Assembly: GCA_965199495.1 (NCBI GenBank)
Contig: CBDASK010000003.1
Location: 3,040,001 to 3,104,000, forward strand
DNA from: Abditibacterium sp.
GTDB taxonomy: Bacteria > Armatimonadota > Abditibacteriia > Abditibacteriales > Abditibacteriaceae
Length of the DNA stretch: 64,000 bases
Direction: 5' to 3'
The position numbers and the translations under genes were made by a program. The notes beneath the pieces are model-generated. The model was not told the origin of the DNA and ran no database searches. It saw only the letters and a program-made list of their open reading frames with translations. Shown in pieces: positions 38,601-48,208 of this stretch; within the stretch, counting starts at the first letter, position 1; each line of letters opens with the position of its first letter.

Positions 38601-38793
38601 CGTGCAGTTCCGCGTACAGGGCGCACGTTTGGGCGCCTTAGTGCTGTTGGCGTTCACCGTCTGCAAAGTTTTTCTGTTCGATTTGAGTTTCTTGGATGGC
38701 GCCGGACGCGCGCTTTCGCTGGGCGGATTGGGCATGGCGCTGATTTTTATCTCGTGGCTTTATGGACGGTTCGGTCGGGTTTCGGTGAATTGA
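35617..38793 (+). CDS. DUF2339 family large membrane protein
   Basis: Pro-rich linker, WEQLVGGKW, GGFATPML and KVFLFDLSFL motifs; many TM helices. Confidence 0.85.
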   Translation: MENLNSADTIEARLDKLEAQMLRVERRLHLDAPAIVMDALPATPPVSPPPVAGPTSFAPTIVVPSAKPENVAVEALAKSAESPVSAPAPRPQIPAPASASVPIPSNEPARAAVSLLAWEQLVGGKWALWAGLLSVFGAIASFLAYTWRYFSPESKVALGLFIGIAFLVAGEWTRKRAQRWFSEGVSGAGLGFCFLSLWAGGAHFSIFGFGLTFGAMALVCALGVWLAVRYDALGLNILSVIGGFATPMLLRGDAAGGHGAAVSLLVYLAILNAGALGVSLFKRWRASVWLSFGATLTLLFFWLPDSNIDAMRLTVWAFFSLHFALYVGAACFYSLARREQTTPEDIGLILAATTIYAPFAHDLLLPIAGAFPGAFMLVFAVFWSALCALVARLAPANKLLRDVTGALGLLALTVAIPIQVSQPWLGIALMGEAAVLAGLANRHRDAQLLRRAGQIVWALALLPLVAGLVSPAGSVRFGLYEGSWPMLFGVAVSAWLAWSAHCQSARENNVKAEELVDYYVTAAVASSAWLLARELLARGFAPQSAIMAVGFLAVAVFILGAKTRFVAVQICALVGAVCVATAAIMLDSSQAAPAVLPLSNARFVALIGTAGALYVLTWLARQNQNELLRRAGQIIWVLASLPLFQGTLFSASAAQWGLHCGGWPGVFAISMTAALAWSAHRHTKNADELRNVYAGIAVVGGAWLIGRETLAWTHDANGVTMALSLFAVAIFAVGATARFAMLRACAGVLAAGAASAVLWLAWSHPSPELLPFWNARFVAMTITLGALVAIYQIARTVDYPLHDAEKVAARALPVAVATLALAAFSSEIYFGFAHFAPPQWANRAYFVLAIGWSLSALGALSVGLQTRNISWRVWAYVVGGVALASLPINALTGDALGMPFLNLRFAAFAVAIAALCVAAWRLRTGEIAGAISEGEAEAIGAAASAALVLALFSLTQETWEAGRYLAPRGSDWQRGAQLAISLVWSLFGALLLAGGVQFRVQGARLGALVLLAFTVCKVFLFDLSFLDGAGRALSLGGLGMALIFISWLYGRFGRVSVN

Positions 38794-38850
38794 AATTTTT
38801 GAGGCAACTCATCGGGAACATAAATTTCGAGCGTAGGGTCAAGGCGCCTG

Positions 38851-41307
38851 ATGAAATCCCTTCTATTTCTCCTCCCGCTCGCGGGCGCCGGACTTTTCGC
38901 CGCCTGTTCGCAAACACAACCGCGCATTGTGCCCGCCGTGGCTGCTCCAAACCAGCAACCGATGCTGCGACAAATCCAATTCGAGAAAATGCCCAACCAG
39001 CCCGCGCCAAATGTGCCGCAGTTCGGGCTGTCGGTCGTGGACGACGCAGGCAAGGCTCTGGCGATTTGTCCGCTCCAGCGCACCGACGTGAAATCCGACA
39101 TCTCCGGGCAGATGGCGCGCGTCGTGGTGACGCAGCACTTCTCCAATTCGTCCGAGACGCCGATTGAGGCGCTTTATACTTTCCCGTTGCCGCACGATGC
39201 CGCCGTTGACGGCATGACTTTCAAAATCGGCGAGCGCACCATTAAAGGCGAAATCAAAAAGCGCGAGGAAGCCGCGCAGATTTACCAACAGGCCAAAGCC
39301 AACGGACAAAACGCGGCGTTATTGGATCAAGAGCGGCCCAATATCTTTTCGCAGCGCGTGGCCAACGTGATGCCCGGCCAGCAAATTCAGGTCGAAATTT
39401 CGTTTACCCAGCCCGTCGTCTATCGCGCCGGGCACTACGAATGGGAATTTCCCACCGTCGTCGGCCCGCGCTATACCACGCCGCAAACGCCCGACGCCGA
39501 CAAAATCACGCCGCCGGTTACGCCCGAAGGAACCAAAGCCGGGCACGATTTGACGATGCAGATTCATCTGACTTCGCCGGTCGCGCTGGGCGAAATCAGC
39601 TCGGCGCTGCACCCGATTACAATTGACAAAAGCGGCGACAACGAAGCCAATATCGCCTTGAAAGACGGCGCGACTTTGCCCAATAAAGATTTTATCTTGC
39701 GATTCGCGCCGCGCGATAACGCCCTCCAAACCGGTTTAGTGACGCGATCCGATGGCGAAGGCGGCGGCTGGTTTCAGTTGGTCGTGCAGCCACCGGCGCA
39801 GGCGCCCCAGTCGGGAATCGCGCGCAAAGAAATGGTTTTTGTGATTGACCAAACCGGCTCGCAGGCGGGCGCGCCCATCGAAAAAGCCAAGGAAACGATG
39901 CGCTATTGCATCCAAAATCTCAACGCGGGCGACACTTTTCAATTGCTCGGCTTCAACACCGATGTTCACCCGTGTTTTCCCAAGCCCGTCGAAGCCACGG
40001 CGGCTAACATCGCCAAAGCCAAAGCGTTTTTGGCGCCCTTAAACGGCAACGGCGGCACGGATATTCTCAAGGCGACCAATTACGCGCTTCAGATTCCCGC
40101 CGACCCGGATCGTCCGCGCATCGTCTGTTTCATGACCGATGGCTATGTCGGCAACGAAGCGGAAATCACCAAATTTATTCACGACAAAGGCAAAAGCGTA
40201 CGCATGTTTCCGTTTGGCGTGGGCAACTCAGTCAACCGTTTTCTGATCGATTCGATGGCGCGCGAAGGGCGCGGCGTGCCCGAATACGCGCTCTTGAATG
40301 AAGACGGGAAAAAGTTAGCGCAGCGTTTTTATAATCGCGTCGCGAACCCGGTTTTGTTGGACGTGAAACCCAATTGGAACGGCTTGCCCGTCGCCGAGGT
40401 TTACCCGAAAACCGTGCCCGATGTGTTCGAGAGCGGCCCCGTCGTTTTGACCGGACGTTTCACGCGCCCGGTCGCGGGCGAACTGATAGTGCGCGGTCGC
40501 TCGGCGGGCAAAGAATGGAGCAAACGCGTGCCGGTGGATTTCTCGCGCGCCGACCAAAAGAGCGGCGCCGGTTTGCCATCCGCGTGGGCGCGCCAGAAAA
40601 TCGAGGATTTGACCAATACTTCGCCCACCCAAACATCGGGCGAAACCGCCGACGATTTGCGCGCGCAAATCACCAATGTCGCGCTCGATTATCATCTGAT
40701 GAGCCAATACACCAGCTTCGTCGCGGTTGAACCGACGGTTGTCAACGTCGGCGGTCAGCAGAAAACCGTCGAAGTTCCCGTTGAGATGGCCGATGGCGTG
40801 AGTTACGAAGGCATCTTTGGCGCGCGCGGCGACGCCGTCGGTTCGCTGAGTTTGGCGCGTAGTTCGTTCGCTAATGGCAAGGCGACCGCGATGGCGGGCG
40901 CGGCGCCGATGATGCCCGCGACAGCCATGAAATTTCGCGCTAACATTGCCACCGATGGAATCGCGCTCAACGATAAAGAGACCGAGTTGCCCACGCCCGC
41001 GCAACTCGCGCAGATGACGCCCGCGCAACGTATCAAAACCGGGCGCGCCGCCAAGATGAGCGGGGCCGTCGCCAAACTCGCGGCGCAAACGCCCGCCGCG
41101 AAAGTCACGGTTCAACTGTGGCTTGCGCCTTTGGCAAACGAGGCTGCGCGCGCGCAATTCGCGGCGAAGTTGAAAGAGTTGGGTTGGACGCAAAGCGCGG
41201 TTTTGACGCCGGGCAAACTGGTTTTAGGCGAAATTTCGAGCGACCAACTCGACGCCGTGGCTGCGTTGCAGGGCGTGAAGTTGATCGAAACGCCGAAGTT
41301 CAAATAA
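38851..41307 (+). CDS. VIT + von Willebrand factor A domain lipoprotein
   Basis: Lipobox FAAC; EALYTFPLP, LLDQERPNIF; MIDAS DQTGSQ..GGT..MTDG; LMSQYTSFVAV. Confidence 0.88.
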   Translation: MKSLLFLLPLAGAGLFAACSQTQPRIVPAVAAPNQQPMLRQIQFEKMPNQPAPNVPQFGLSVVDDAGKALAICPLQRTDVKSDISGQMARVVVTQHFSNSSETPIEALYTFPLPHDAAVDGMTFKIGERTIKGEIKKREEAAQIYQQAKANGQNAALLDQERPNIFSQRVANVMPGQQIQVEISFTQPVVYRAGHYEWEFPTVVGPRYTTPQTPDADKITPPVTPEGTKAGHDLTMQIHLTSPVALGEISSALHPITIDKSGDNEANIALKDGATLPNKDFILRFAPRDNALQTGLVTRSDGEGGGWFQLVVQPPAQAPQSGIARKEMVFVIDQTGSQAGAPIEKAKETMRYCIQNLNAGDTFQLLGFNTDVHPCFPKPVEATAANIAKAKAFLAPLNGNGGTDILKATNYALQIPADPDRPRIVCFMTDGYVGNEAEITKFIHDKGKSVRMFPFGVGNSVNRFLIDSMAREGRGVPEYALLNEDGKKLAQRFYNRVANPVLLDVKPNWNGLPVAEVYPKTVPDVFESGPVVLTGRFTRPVAGELIVRGRSAGKEWSKRVPVDFSRADQKSGAGLPSAWARQKIEDLTNTSPTQTSGETADDLRAQITNVALDYHLMSQYTSFVAVEPTVVNVGGQQKTVEVPVEMADGVSYEGIFGARGDAVGSLSLARSSFANGKATAMAGAAPMMPATAMKFRANIATDGIALNDKETELPTPAQLAQMTPAQRIKTGRAAKMSGAVAKLAAQTPAAKVTVQLWLAPLANEAARAQFAAKLKELGWTQSAVLTPGKLVLGEISSDQLDAVAALQGVKLIETPKFK

Positions 41308-41443
41308 ACGGATTTCACACAAAGAAACAAAGATCGCACAAAGAAATACAAAGGAAATGAAGAAGATATTAACGACAACTCTCTTCAAACTCTTTGTATT
41401 TCTTTGTGCGATCTTTGTTTCTTTGTGTGAAATCCGTTTATTT
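41302..41443. repeat. Long inverted repeat of CACAAAG-type subunits between convergent genes
   Basis: Perfect 52-bp arms 41302-41353 / 41392-41443. Confidence 0.88.
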
Positions 41444-41445
41444 CG

Positions 41446-42426
41446 TTACTGCTGTTGCTGAACCATCTCTTCCATATCGTCGGCGAAATTAAGCGCGCTA
41501 TCGGGAATGGACATCCAGGCGGCGGCGCCAACTGGCTCCATCTCTTCGGGCTTGGGCGCATCGGCGAGCGTGACAGTCACGGCGACTTGCAGTTCGGCTT
41601 TGGTCTTGCCGCGATAAATGCCGTGCGTCGGCGGCACATCGGCGTAGTCGCGGCCAATTGCGGTGCGAATGTGACGGCCCGTCGCGAACAATTTATTCGT
41701 TGGGTCGAAACCGATCCAACCACTGCTGCCCTCAACGTCGCCGGGAAAAAGCGCCTCGACCCACGCGTGCGTGGCATCGGCCACGCTGCGGTCGGCGGAG
41801 TTTTCGCGGTGATACAAATAGCCCGAAACATAGCGCGCTGGCACGCCCAAATCGCGCAACAACGCGATCATGATGTGACTGAAATCCTGGCAGACGCCCT
41901 TGCGCGCTTCCAGAGCCACGTCAATCGGCGAATCGGCGCGCGTGTAACGCTGCACGTAGGCGAATTTTTCGTAAACCGCTTCGTTCAAATCAATCGCGAC
42001 TTGAAGGGGATTCGCACTGCGACTCAGACCGATTTCGGTTTTGAATTCCTGCAATAGAGGCGTCATAAAACAGAACTTCGACGGCGTCAGGTAATCCCAA
42101 TTGTCGGCGTTTTGATTCATGGCATCGAGCGCGTCCCAACCGGGCGCGCCGTCGGGTTGCGGCAACAATCCGTCGTCGTCCACTTCGACTAACGTTTCGG
42201 CGATGATGTTGAGCGCCGTGTGCGCGCCGGGAATATCGAAGTGATGCACGATGTTGCCCAAAAAATCGCGCCGCGCGAAAATGCGCGCGCGCGGATCGGT
42301 CGTCAACTCAAATTGGCGAACGGCCTGCGCCGCTTCGGAGCGCGGCTGCATCACGACTTCCATGACGCTCTGGCGCACAGGCTCGGAGTAACGGAATCGG
42401 GTGGAATGGCGGATGGAATAGAACAT
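41446..42426 (-). CDS. Transglutaminase family protein (bacterial N-terminal domain + TGc)
   Basis: IRHSTRFRYSEPV, DFLGNIVH, GVCQDFSH, HAWVE, GFDPTN and GRDYADV motifs. Confidence 0.92.
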   Translation of the reverse strand: MFYSIRHSTRFRYSEPVRQSVMEVVMQPRSEAAQAVRQFELTTDPRARIFARRDFLGNIVHHFDIPGAHTALNIIAETLVEVDDDGLLPQPDGAPGWDALDAMNQNADNWDYLTPSKFCFMTPLLQEFKTEIGLSRSANPLQVAIDLNEAVYEKFAYVQRYTRADSPIDVALEARKGVCQDFSHIMIALLRDLGVPARYVSGYLYHRENSADRSVADATHAWVEALFPGDVEGSSGWIGFDPTNKLFATGRHIRTAIGRDYADVPPTHGIYRGKTKAELQVAVTVTLADAPKPEEMEPVGAAAWMSIPDSALNFADDMEEMVQQQQ

Positions 42427-42430
42427 TTTT

Positions 42431-42560
42431 TAGGGTGGCAAGTGGCAAGTGACAGGTTTCAAGTGGCAGGAGCCGGACAGTCGAAGGCGCCAAAGTTACC
42501 CCGAAAGGCCGCGCTCTTTACCGCTTGTCACTTGTTACCTGACACTTGTCACCTTCCCTA
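42431..42560. repeat. Inverted blocks of heptamer repeats (GTGGCAA...CTTGTCA)
   Basis: TAGG GTGGCAA GTGGCAA GTGACAG GTTTCAA GTGGCAG ... CTTGTCA CTTGTTA CCTGACA CTTGTCA..CCCTA. Confidence 0.7.
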
Positions 42561-43508
42561 CGCCACCATCGCGGATTCGACGGTGTAGCCGATGTAGGCG
42601 CCAAAAAGCGCGCCGTGAATTTGGCCGCATTGGCCGCGCACATCGGTCAAAAATTCGGGCAAGTCGCCCGACATAATATCTTCGACGCTGGAATAATAGA
42701 GCATCGCGCGCAGTTTGCCCGCCGCGCGCAACAATCGCGTGTCTTTGCGGCGGCCCGTCAGCGTGGCGATGCCTTCGAGCGCGTGTTCGATTTGGTCGGC
42801 GCAAAACCGCACGCTACGCGGCGTTTCCTCGTCCAAAAGCATAAATTCGATAATGCGTTTAGGCCGCAAATCGGCGGTGTATTGGCGACAATACGCCTCG
42901 AAACTGGTGCAGCCACGCAGCAAACCGACCCATTCCAAATACGACGACTCGGAAGAGCCACCGGCAGTGAGCGAGGGCGCGTGAACGCGAATCATGTTGG
43001 TCGTGGCTGAGGCGCGCTCCAGGTTTTTGCCGACGCGAAGGAACAGATACGCCTCGCCGTGCGCGAAAGTTTCTTCGGTCACGCCGTGAATCAGGTGCAT
43101 CGCCTCTTTGACATCGGCGTAGAAATCGCCGGGCGATTCGGCCCAGGTTTTCTGAATATCGGGCGCGCGCACCTTGAGATACAACCGGTTGAGCTTTTCG
43201 TACATATCGGTCGAAATCTGCTCGCGAATCTGGCGGGCGTTTTCGCGCGCCGAGCTGATGGATTTCACGATGGAATTATCGGCCTCAAACGTCAGATAAC
43301 GCGCCAAAGCGTTGGCATCGTCCAGCGAACGATCTTCGGGCAATTGAACGTTGAGACCTTCGACCAACAGCGATTGCAGGTTGGCGCCCGAATACTGCCC
43401 TTGATCGAGCATCAGGTTGAGATGAACGTCCACCACGCGCGCCTTAAATTCGGCGCGTTCGAGGTAGCGGCTCATCCAGTAAAGACTGTCAGCGACTCGT
43501 GAAAGCAT
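42558..43508 (-). CDS. Alpha-E domain protein (DUF403)
   Basis: MLSRVADSLYWMSRYLERAE, ARENARQIRE, GKNLERA and PRSVRF motifs; start ATG 43508. Confidence 0.92.
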   Translation of the reverse strand: MLSRVADSLYWMSRYLERAEFKARVVDVHLNLMLDQGQYSGANLQSLLVEGLNVQLPEDRSLDDANALARYLTFEADNSIVKSISSARENARQIREQISTDMYEKLNRLYLKVRAPDIQKTWAESPGDFYADVKEAMHLIHGVTEETFAHGEAYLFLRVGKNLERASATTNMIRVHAPSLTAGGSSESSYLEWVGLLRGCTSFEAYCRQYTADLRPKRIIEFMLLDEETPRSVRFCADQIEHALEGIATLTGRRKDTRLLRAAGKLRAMLYYSSVEDIMSGDLPEFLTDVRGQCGQIHGALFGAYIGYTVESAMVA

Positions 43509-43545
43509 AGTTTTTGGGGGATTGGAGATTTGGTGGTGAATTTGA

Positions 43546-43710
43546 CGTTTTTCCCTCACCCGGCTTCGTTCCTCAGCCACCCTCTCCCGGAGGGAGAAGG
43601 TTTTCTGGCGCTTCATCGTTTGAGAAATCTCTTGGTGATTGAGGTCGCAAAGTAACCTTCTCCCTCCGGGAGAGGGTGGCTGAGGAACGAAGCCGGGTGA
43701 GGGAAAAACG
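43546..43710. repeat. Long inverted repeat, CCCTCACCC...CCTCTCCC family
   Basis: Perfect 57-bp arms 43546-43602 / 43654-43710; degenerate half copy at about 48150-48190. Confidence 0.88.
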
Positions 43711-43721
43711 CCCGCATTTGT

Positions 43722-45233
43722 TTATTCGTAAAGCACCCACGTATCTTTCGACCCGCCGCCCTGCGACGAGTTGACGACCAGACTACCGCGCTTGAACGCC
43801 ACGCGCGTCAAACCGCCCGGCACCAGTTGCACGCGTTCGCCAAACAAAACGAACGGGCGCAAATCAATGCAACGTGGCTCGACGCGGCCATCAATAAAGC
43901 AGGGCGCGCGCGACAGCGAAATCGTCGGTTGCGCGATGTAATTGCGCGGGTCGGCTTTAATCTTTTCGGCGAACTCGTCTTGCTCGGCTTTGGTCGAATG
44001 CGGCCCAATCAACATTCCGTAGCCGCCCGCTTCACCGACGGCTTTGACGACCAATTTGTCGAGATTTCCCAAAACATAACTTAATTCGTTCGGGTTCGCG
44101 CACAAAAACGTTTTGACGTTGGGCAAAATCGCATCTTGATCGAGATAATACTTGATAATCGCCGGAACATACGCATAGACCGCCTTATCATCAGCCACGC
44201 CGGTGCCAAGGGCGTTGGAAAGTCCGACGTTTCCGGCGCGATACGCGTTGAGCAAGCCAGGCACGCCCAGACTCGAATCGGGACGAAAGGCGAGCGGATC
44301 GAGAAAATCGTCGTCAATACGGCGATAAATTACGTCAACGCGCCGCAAACCGGCGGTCGTGCGCATATAAACCACGTTATCGTGAACCAACAAATCGCGT
44401 CCTTCGACCAATTCAACGCCCATCTGACGCGCTAAAAACGTATGCTCGAAATAAGCCGAATTGTAGGCGCCCGGCGTTAAAACCACAACCGTCGGATCGG
44501 AAACGTGAGTCGGTGCGAGCGCGCGCAACGTGGACAATAAAACCTGCGCGTAATGATCAATCGGGCGGACGGCGTAATTGCGAAACAGTTTGGGGAAAAC
44601 CTGTTTGATGATCTGCCGCGAAGTCAGCATATAACTGACGCCCGATGGCACGCGTAGATTATCTTCCAAAACGGTGAAAGTGCCCTGTTCGTCGCGAATG
44701 ATGTCCGAGCCGCAAATCGAAACCCAGATGTCGTTGGGCGGACGCACGCCGCGCAGTTCGCGGCGATAATGTTTGCAGCCGTAAATCAATTCGCGCGGAA
44801 TAATGCCATCTTTGAAGATTTGGCCTTCGCCGTAAATATCTTTGAGAAACAGATTGAGCGCCGTTAAACGCTGCGCCAGACCTTTCTCGATAACGCTCCA
44901 CTCGTCCGAAGTGATGATGCGCGGCAGCAAATCGTAGGGAAAAATTCGTTCGGTTCCGCCATCGTTGCCGTAAACCGTAAAAGTGATGCCCTGATTGAGA
45001 AACGACAGATCGGCGGTCTTTTGATATTCTTCGAGTTCGCCGGGTTCGATGTCGCTCAACCGGTTTTGCAGCGGCGCATACGATGCCCGTGGCTCCTCGG
45101 ATTGCGCGAACATTTCGTCGTAGAACTTCGGATCGAAGTCGTAATTCGCGAAGGGCGAGCCAGCATTTTGCAACGGGTGCATCGGCTCAAACTTATTGAA
45201 GGGCGCAAATTCGAGCGGCGTAATATCGGACAT
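43722..45233 (-). CDS. Circularly permuted type 2 ATP-grasp protein
   Basis: [35 protein letters not shown] and [15 protein letters not shown] motifs. Confidence 0.93.
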   Translation of the reverse strand: MSDITPLEFAPFNKFEPMHPLQNAGSPFANYDFDPKFYDEMFAQSEEPRASYAPLQNRLSDIEPGELEEYQKTADLSFLNQGITFTVYGNDGGTERIFPYDLLPRIITSDEWSVIEKGLAQRLTALNLFLKDIYGEGQIFKDGIIPRELIYGCKHYRRELRGVRPPNDIWVSICGSDIIRDEQGTFTVLEDNLRVPSGVSYMLTSRQIIKQVFPKLFRNYAVRPIDHYAQVLLSTLRALAPTHVSDPTVVVLTPGAYNSAYFEHTFLARQMGVELVEGRDLLVHDNVVYMRTTAGLRRVDVIYRRIDDDFLDPLAFRPDSSLGVPGLLNAYRAGNVGLSNALGTGVADDKAVYAYVPAIIKYYLDQDAILPNVKTFLCANPNELSYVLGNLDKLVVKAVGEAGGYGMLIGPHSTKAEQDEFAEKIKADPRNYIAQPTISLSRAPCFIDGRVEPRCIDLRPFVLFGERVQLVPGGLTRVAFKRGSLVVNSSQGGGSKDTWVLYE

Positions 45234-45343
45234 ATTTGTGTGAGGGTTGCGTAGAACGCGTGCCTCCAGTGTAACGAGACAAAATTACGGGAATGTTTCG
45301 GCCAGTTAAAGAATTACTTTGGCGCCGCGAGTAAACTTGGCCT

Positions 45344-46363
45344 ATGAAACGTCGCGTTTTGATGGTTTTAGCTGTTGTAGTTCCGCTCGCGCTATTTTTA
45401 GTAGCGCGTCGGGCGGCGAGTTTGCGGCCCGCGTTAATGGCAAAGGGTTCGTTCGATGCTTTGATGGTAACTACACCAATCGGTAATTCAACGCGTTCGC
45501 GTTCAGGCCGGTTTGTGGTCATAGATGATTATCGTTCGCCCCTTTGGCTGTTGGACGCCATAATCCCGAATAAACGCCGCGCCATCAAGCGTGGTCTGCC
45601 GGTTTTCTCGTCCGATGAGAAGATGTTGGCTATCGTAATTCCGCACAATACTTCTATGCCTCTTGCTTCTTCTGTTATGCTTCCGCAAACGCAATCGGCG
45701 CTTCGCGTCTATATTCGAGACTTGCAAACGGGTCGCGAAAGGCAGTTGCAAAGCGTTCCACTGGCCCTTAATTCTCGGCCCACATTCTTCATTCAAGATG
45801 CGGCGTTTTCGATGGATAACGCCACATTTGCTGTTTTGGCTGTTGGCACTACAGTTTTTCGATGGGATGTTCAAAGCGGCAACTTGCTGACGAAAACCAA
45901 AGGCCAATTTGACTATAATCTTGGACAGACGCGGTTGTTTGATGAAAGCGAGAAAATTTGGAAAGGCAGTGCGTCGGGCGTCACGATTTATAACGCCCGA
46001 ACTGGCAAAGTGGAGCGCACTCTAAAACAAAACGGCGTGCTGATGCGCGATGAGAATTTCTACTGGAGTTTGGATCCTTCCATGAAGATGGAAACAAGAA
46101 TTTACCGCGTTTCCGACGGCGCAATCGTGTTCCATTATAAACCGGCGACTGCGCCCGTTGTCTCGCCCGATGGCCGTTGGATTCTCGTCCCGCGCAGTTC
46201 GCCTTTTTCCACGCCTATTAAGGTGGAACTCCGCGAAGTTGGAACCTGGCATTTAATCGCCACAAGAGAGCTTACTGGCGGCGACAGATGGGAATTCGAT
46301 GGCCCCAATCACGTTCTCACGCTCAATAACAAAGGCCAAGTTTATCGTTGGCGTCTGCGTTAA
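45344..46363 (+). CDS. Membrane-anchored WD40-like beta-propeller protein
   Basis: N-terminal hydrophobic anchor; FSSDEKMLA, FSMDNATFA, WDVQSG and VSPDGRWI blades. Confidence 0.6.
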   Translation: MKRRVLMVLAVVVPLALFLVARRAASLRPALMAKGSFDALMVTTPIGNSTRSRSGRFVVIDDYRSPLWLLDAIIPNKRRAIKRGLPVFSSDEKMLAIVIPHNTSMPLASSVMLPQTQSALRVYIRDLQTGRERQLQSVPLALNSRPTFFIQDAAFSMDNATFAVLAVGTTVFRWDVQSGNLLTKTKGQFDYNLGQTRLFDESEKIWKGSASGVTIYNARTGKVERTLKQNGVLMRDENFYWSLDPSMKMETRIYRVSDGAIVFHYKPATAPVVSPDGRWILVPRSSPFSTPIKVELREVGTWHLIATRELTGGDRWEFDGPNHVLTLNNKGQVYRWRLR

Positions 46364-46751
46364 TGCGCCAGCGATGCCGCGATTTGGCGCGCGATTTCGT
46401 CCAACTCGCTCGCCATTTTTTCTAATCCAACGTAACGCCCGAACGTCTGCGACGGCCAACTGTAATTGCACTGTGTCCCGCTTTCTGTCTCGCGAATCAC
46501 GAACTTCATCGGCGCTTCGATGACGGCGTCGGGCGCGGTTTTAACGACGAAGGCTTCCAGCGCGGATGAAAATAAAGCAGTTGCCGCACGCCGGGAATTT
46601 CTATGCCGCCACGCCGCACGATGGCTTGCGTGTCGATTTCGTGCAAGATCATCATATCGGCGGCGACGATGGCGCCGCGCAGAATTTCGACGGTTTTCTC
46701 GAACGAGTCGGGAATGTTTCGGGCGGCCAAAAATTAGCGTTCTGATTTCAC
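46360..46751 (-). pseudogene. DUF302-like gene with a nonsense codon and a frameshift
   Basis: GTG 46751 MKSER* then FLAARNIPDSFEKTV..HEIDTQ..LLYFHPRW; continues in another frame (..EAPMKFVIRE..) after about 46555. Confidence 0.6.
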
Positions 46752-46766
46752 ATAGAAAACTTTGGC

Positions 46767-47810
46767 TTAGCGTTGGAACATTTGTTCCAACGGATCGCGG
46801 ATTTTGCCCCAACTCGCCGTCCATTGGGTGTAGTCGTCGTGCGTCGCACTTTTCAAAAACGAAAAATCTTCGCCCTGACTTTTCCAGTTTTCGTTTTTAT
46901 CGAGCGCGCGCAACGAAAACACGCCCGGCATTCCTGCCATCAGCGCGGCTTCGCCTTCTTTTGAGGCGATGGCATCGAAGAGTTTGCGCGCGTTTTCGGG
47001 ATGCGGCGCGCCTTTGATAAGAGCCACGGCGCCGGGCATCAAGATGTTATTGGTTTGAATAGGCGACAACCCAATCGGTTTGCCGCGCTTTTTCTGTTCC
47101 AGATAATCGTCGGTATCCGTCCAACCCAAATCCAAATCGCCGTCGGAAACCGCGCGCGCGACATCGCCGTTGCCGGGCGTAATGCGCACGCCCGCCGCCT
47201 TCAAACTTTGATACCATTGCAAAGTTTTGGCGGCATCGCGCGAATATAATGCGGCGGCTTCGTCGCTGGCTAACCCGAACTGCGGGTTGGAATGTCCGCT
47301 CTTTTGGCCAGCGACGGGCGTATACATCAAATCGGTGATTACCGGTTTAAAATCGCTCGCCGTCACCAAAATGCGCGCCCGCGTGCCGACGCCGACCCAG
47401 CCTTGGCCGCGAAAACGCGGCGCCAAATCTTGCGCGGCGGGCGAATTGTAGGTGTCGAGAAAACCATCTTGTTCGAGCAATAACGTTTGCAAGAGCGCCG
47501 AAGTCCACAACACATCGGCGCGCACGCGCGATTTTTCGCTGCGAATGCGCGTCGTCAAACCGGCGGTTTTGGTGGATTCGGTATCGAAGAGCGGCACAAT
47601 ATCCAAACCGGTGCGCTGTTTGAGTTTTTCGATCATCGGTTTGGCATAAACATCGTCAACCGAGCAATAAAGCACCACGCGTTTGTCGGTGGGCGCGCCC
47701 GATTCGGACGCCGTGGCTGCTGTTGGCGGCGCAGTTGCGGTTTGCGTTTTGGGCGCGCAACCGGCGATGGCCAGCGCGCCCAGAGCGGCGAGGAAATAAC
47801 GGCGATTCAT
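46767..47810 (-). CDS. ABC transporter substrate-binding lipoprotein (Fe3+ AfuA/FbpA-like)
   Basis: NRRYFL..IAGC signal; VVLYCS, DTESTKTAGL, GWTDTDD and IKGAPHPENA motifs. Confidence 0.8.
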   Translation of the reverse strand: MNRRYFLAALGALAIAGCAPKTQTATAPPTAATASESGAPTDKRVVLYCSVDDVYAKPMIEKLKQRTGLDIVPLFDTESTKTAGLTTRIRSEKSRVRADVLWTSALLQTLLLEQDGFLDTYNSPAAQDLAPRFRGQGWVGVGTRARILVTASDFKPVITDLMYTPVAGQKSGHSNPQFGLASDEAAALYSRDAAKTLQWYQSLKAAGVRITPGNGDVARAVSDGDLDLGWTDTDDYLEQKKRGKPIGLSPIQTNNILMPGAVALIKGAPHPENARKLFDAIASKEGEAALMAGMPGVFSLRALDKNENWKSQGEDFSFLKSATHDDYTQWTASWGKIRDPLEQMFQR

Positions 47811-47890
47811 AAAGAATTATAGTTTTGCAAAACGGCGCATTGTGACGGAAATTACGGAAAAGTTTTTGAAAATTTTCAACTTATCGAACG

Positions 47891-47924
47891 ACAAAAAGCG
47901 CCGCATATTAACGGCGCTTTTTGT
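47891..47924. terminator. Bidirectional terminator-like hairpin
   Basis: ACAAAAAGCGCCG-N8-CGGCGCTTTTTGT. Confidence 0.7.
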
Positions 47925-47958
47925 TTCGTATTAAAATCGAGATCAACGTTCGCTGTTC

Positions 47959-48125
47959 GTTAGTGTCTCAACGTGAGTTGAAACGTTTGATGCAGTAAAA
48001 ATTGTCATTGATAAGAAACCGAGATGTCTGAAGTGCCAGAGCCAGTCTTTAGAGAAGAAAAGCGTCTGCGAAACAATGCGAGCAATTCTCTGGCGCAGAG
48101 TCAGATTAAAGCGCTCGACGGGGTG
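47959..48125 (-). mobile_element. IS1-family transposase 3' remnant with probable terminal IR
   Basis: Minus strand from 48119 reads VERFNLTLRQRIARIVSQTLFFSK, matching the InsB ERFN.TLRQR..R.VR.TL.FSK pattern; GTTAGTGTC at 47959 resembles GGTAGTG ends. Confidence 0.65.
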
Positions 48126-48208
48126 AATCTCTCCTTCTAACTCCGATTTGAGGGTGCCTGAATTTTACGAAGTTGGGTGAGGGAAAAACGTAAAATTCGC
48201 TCCATTGC

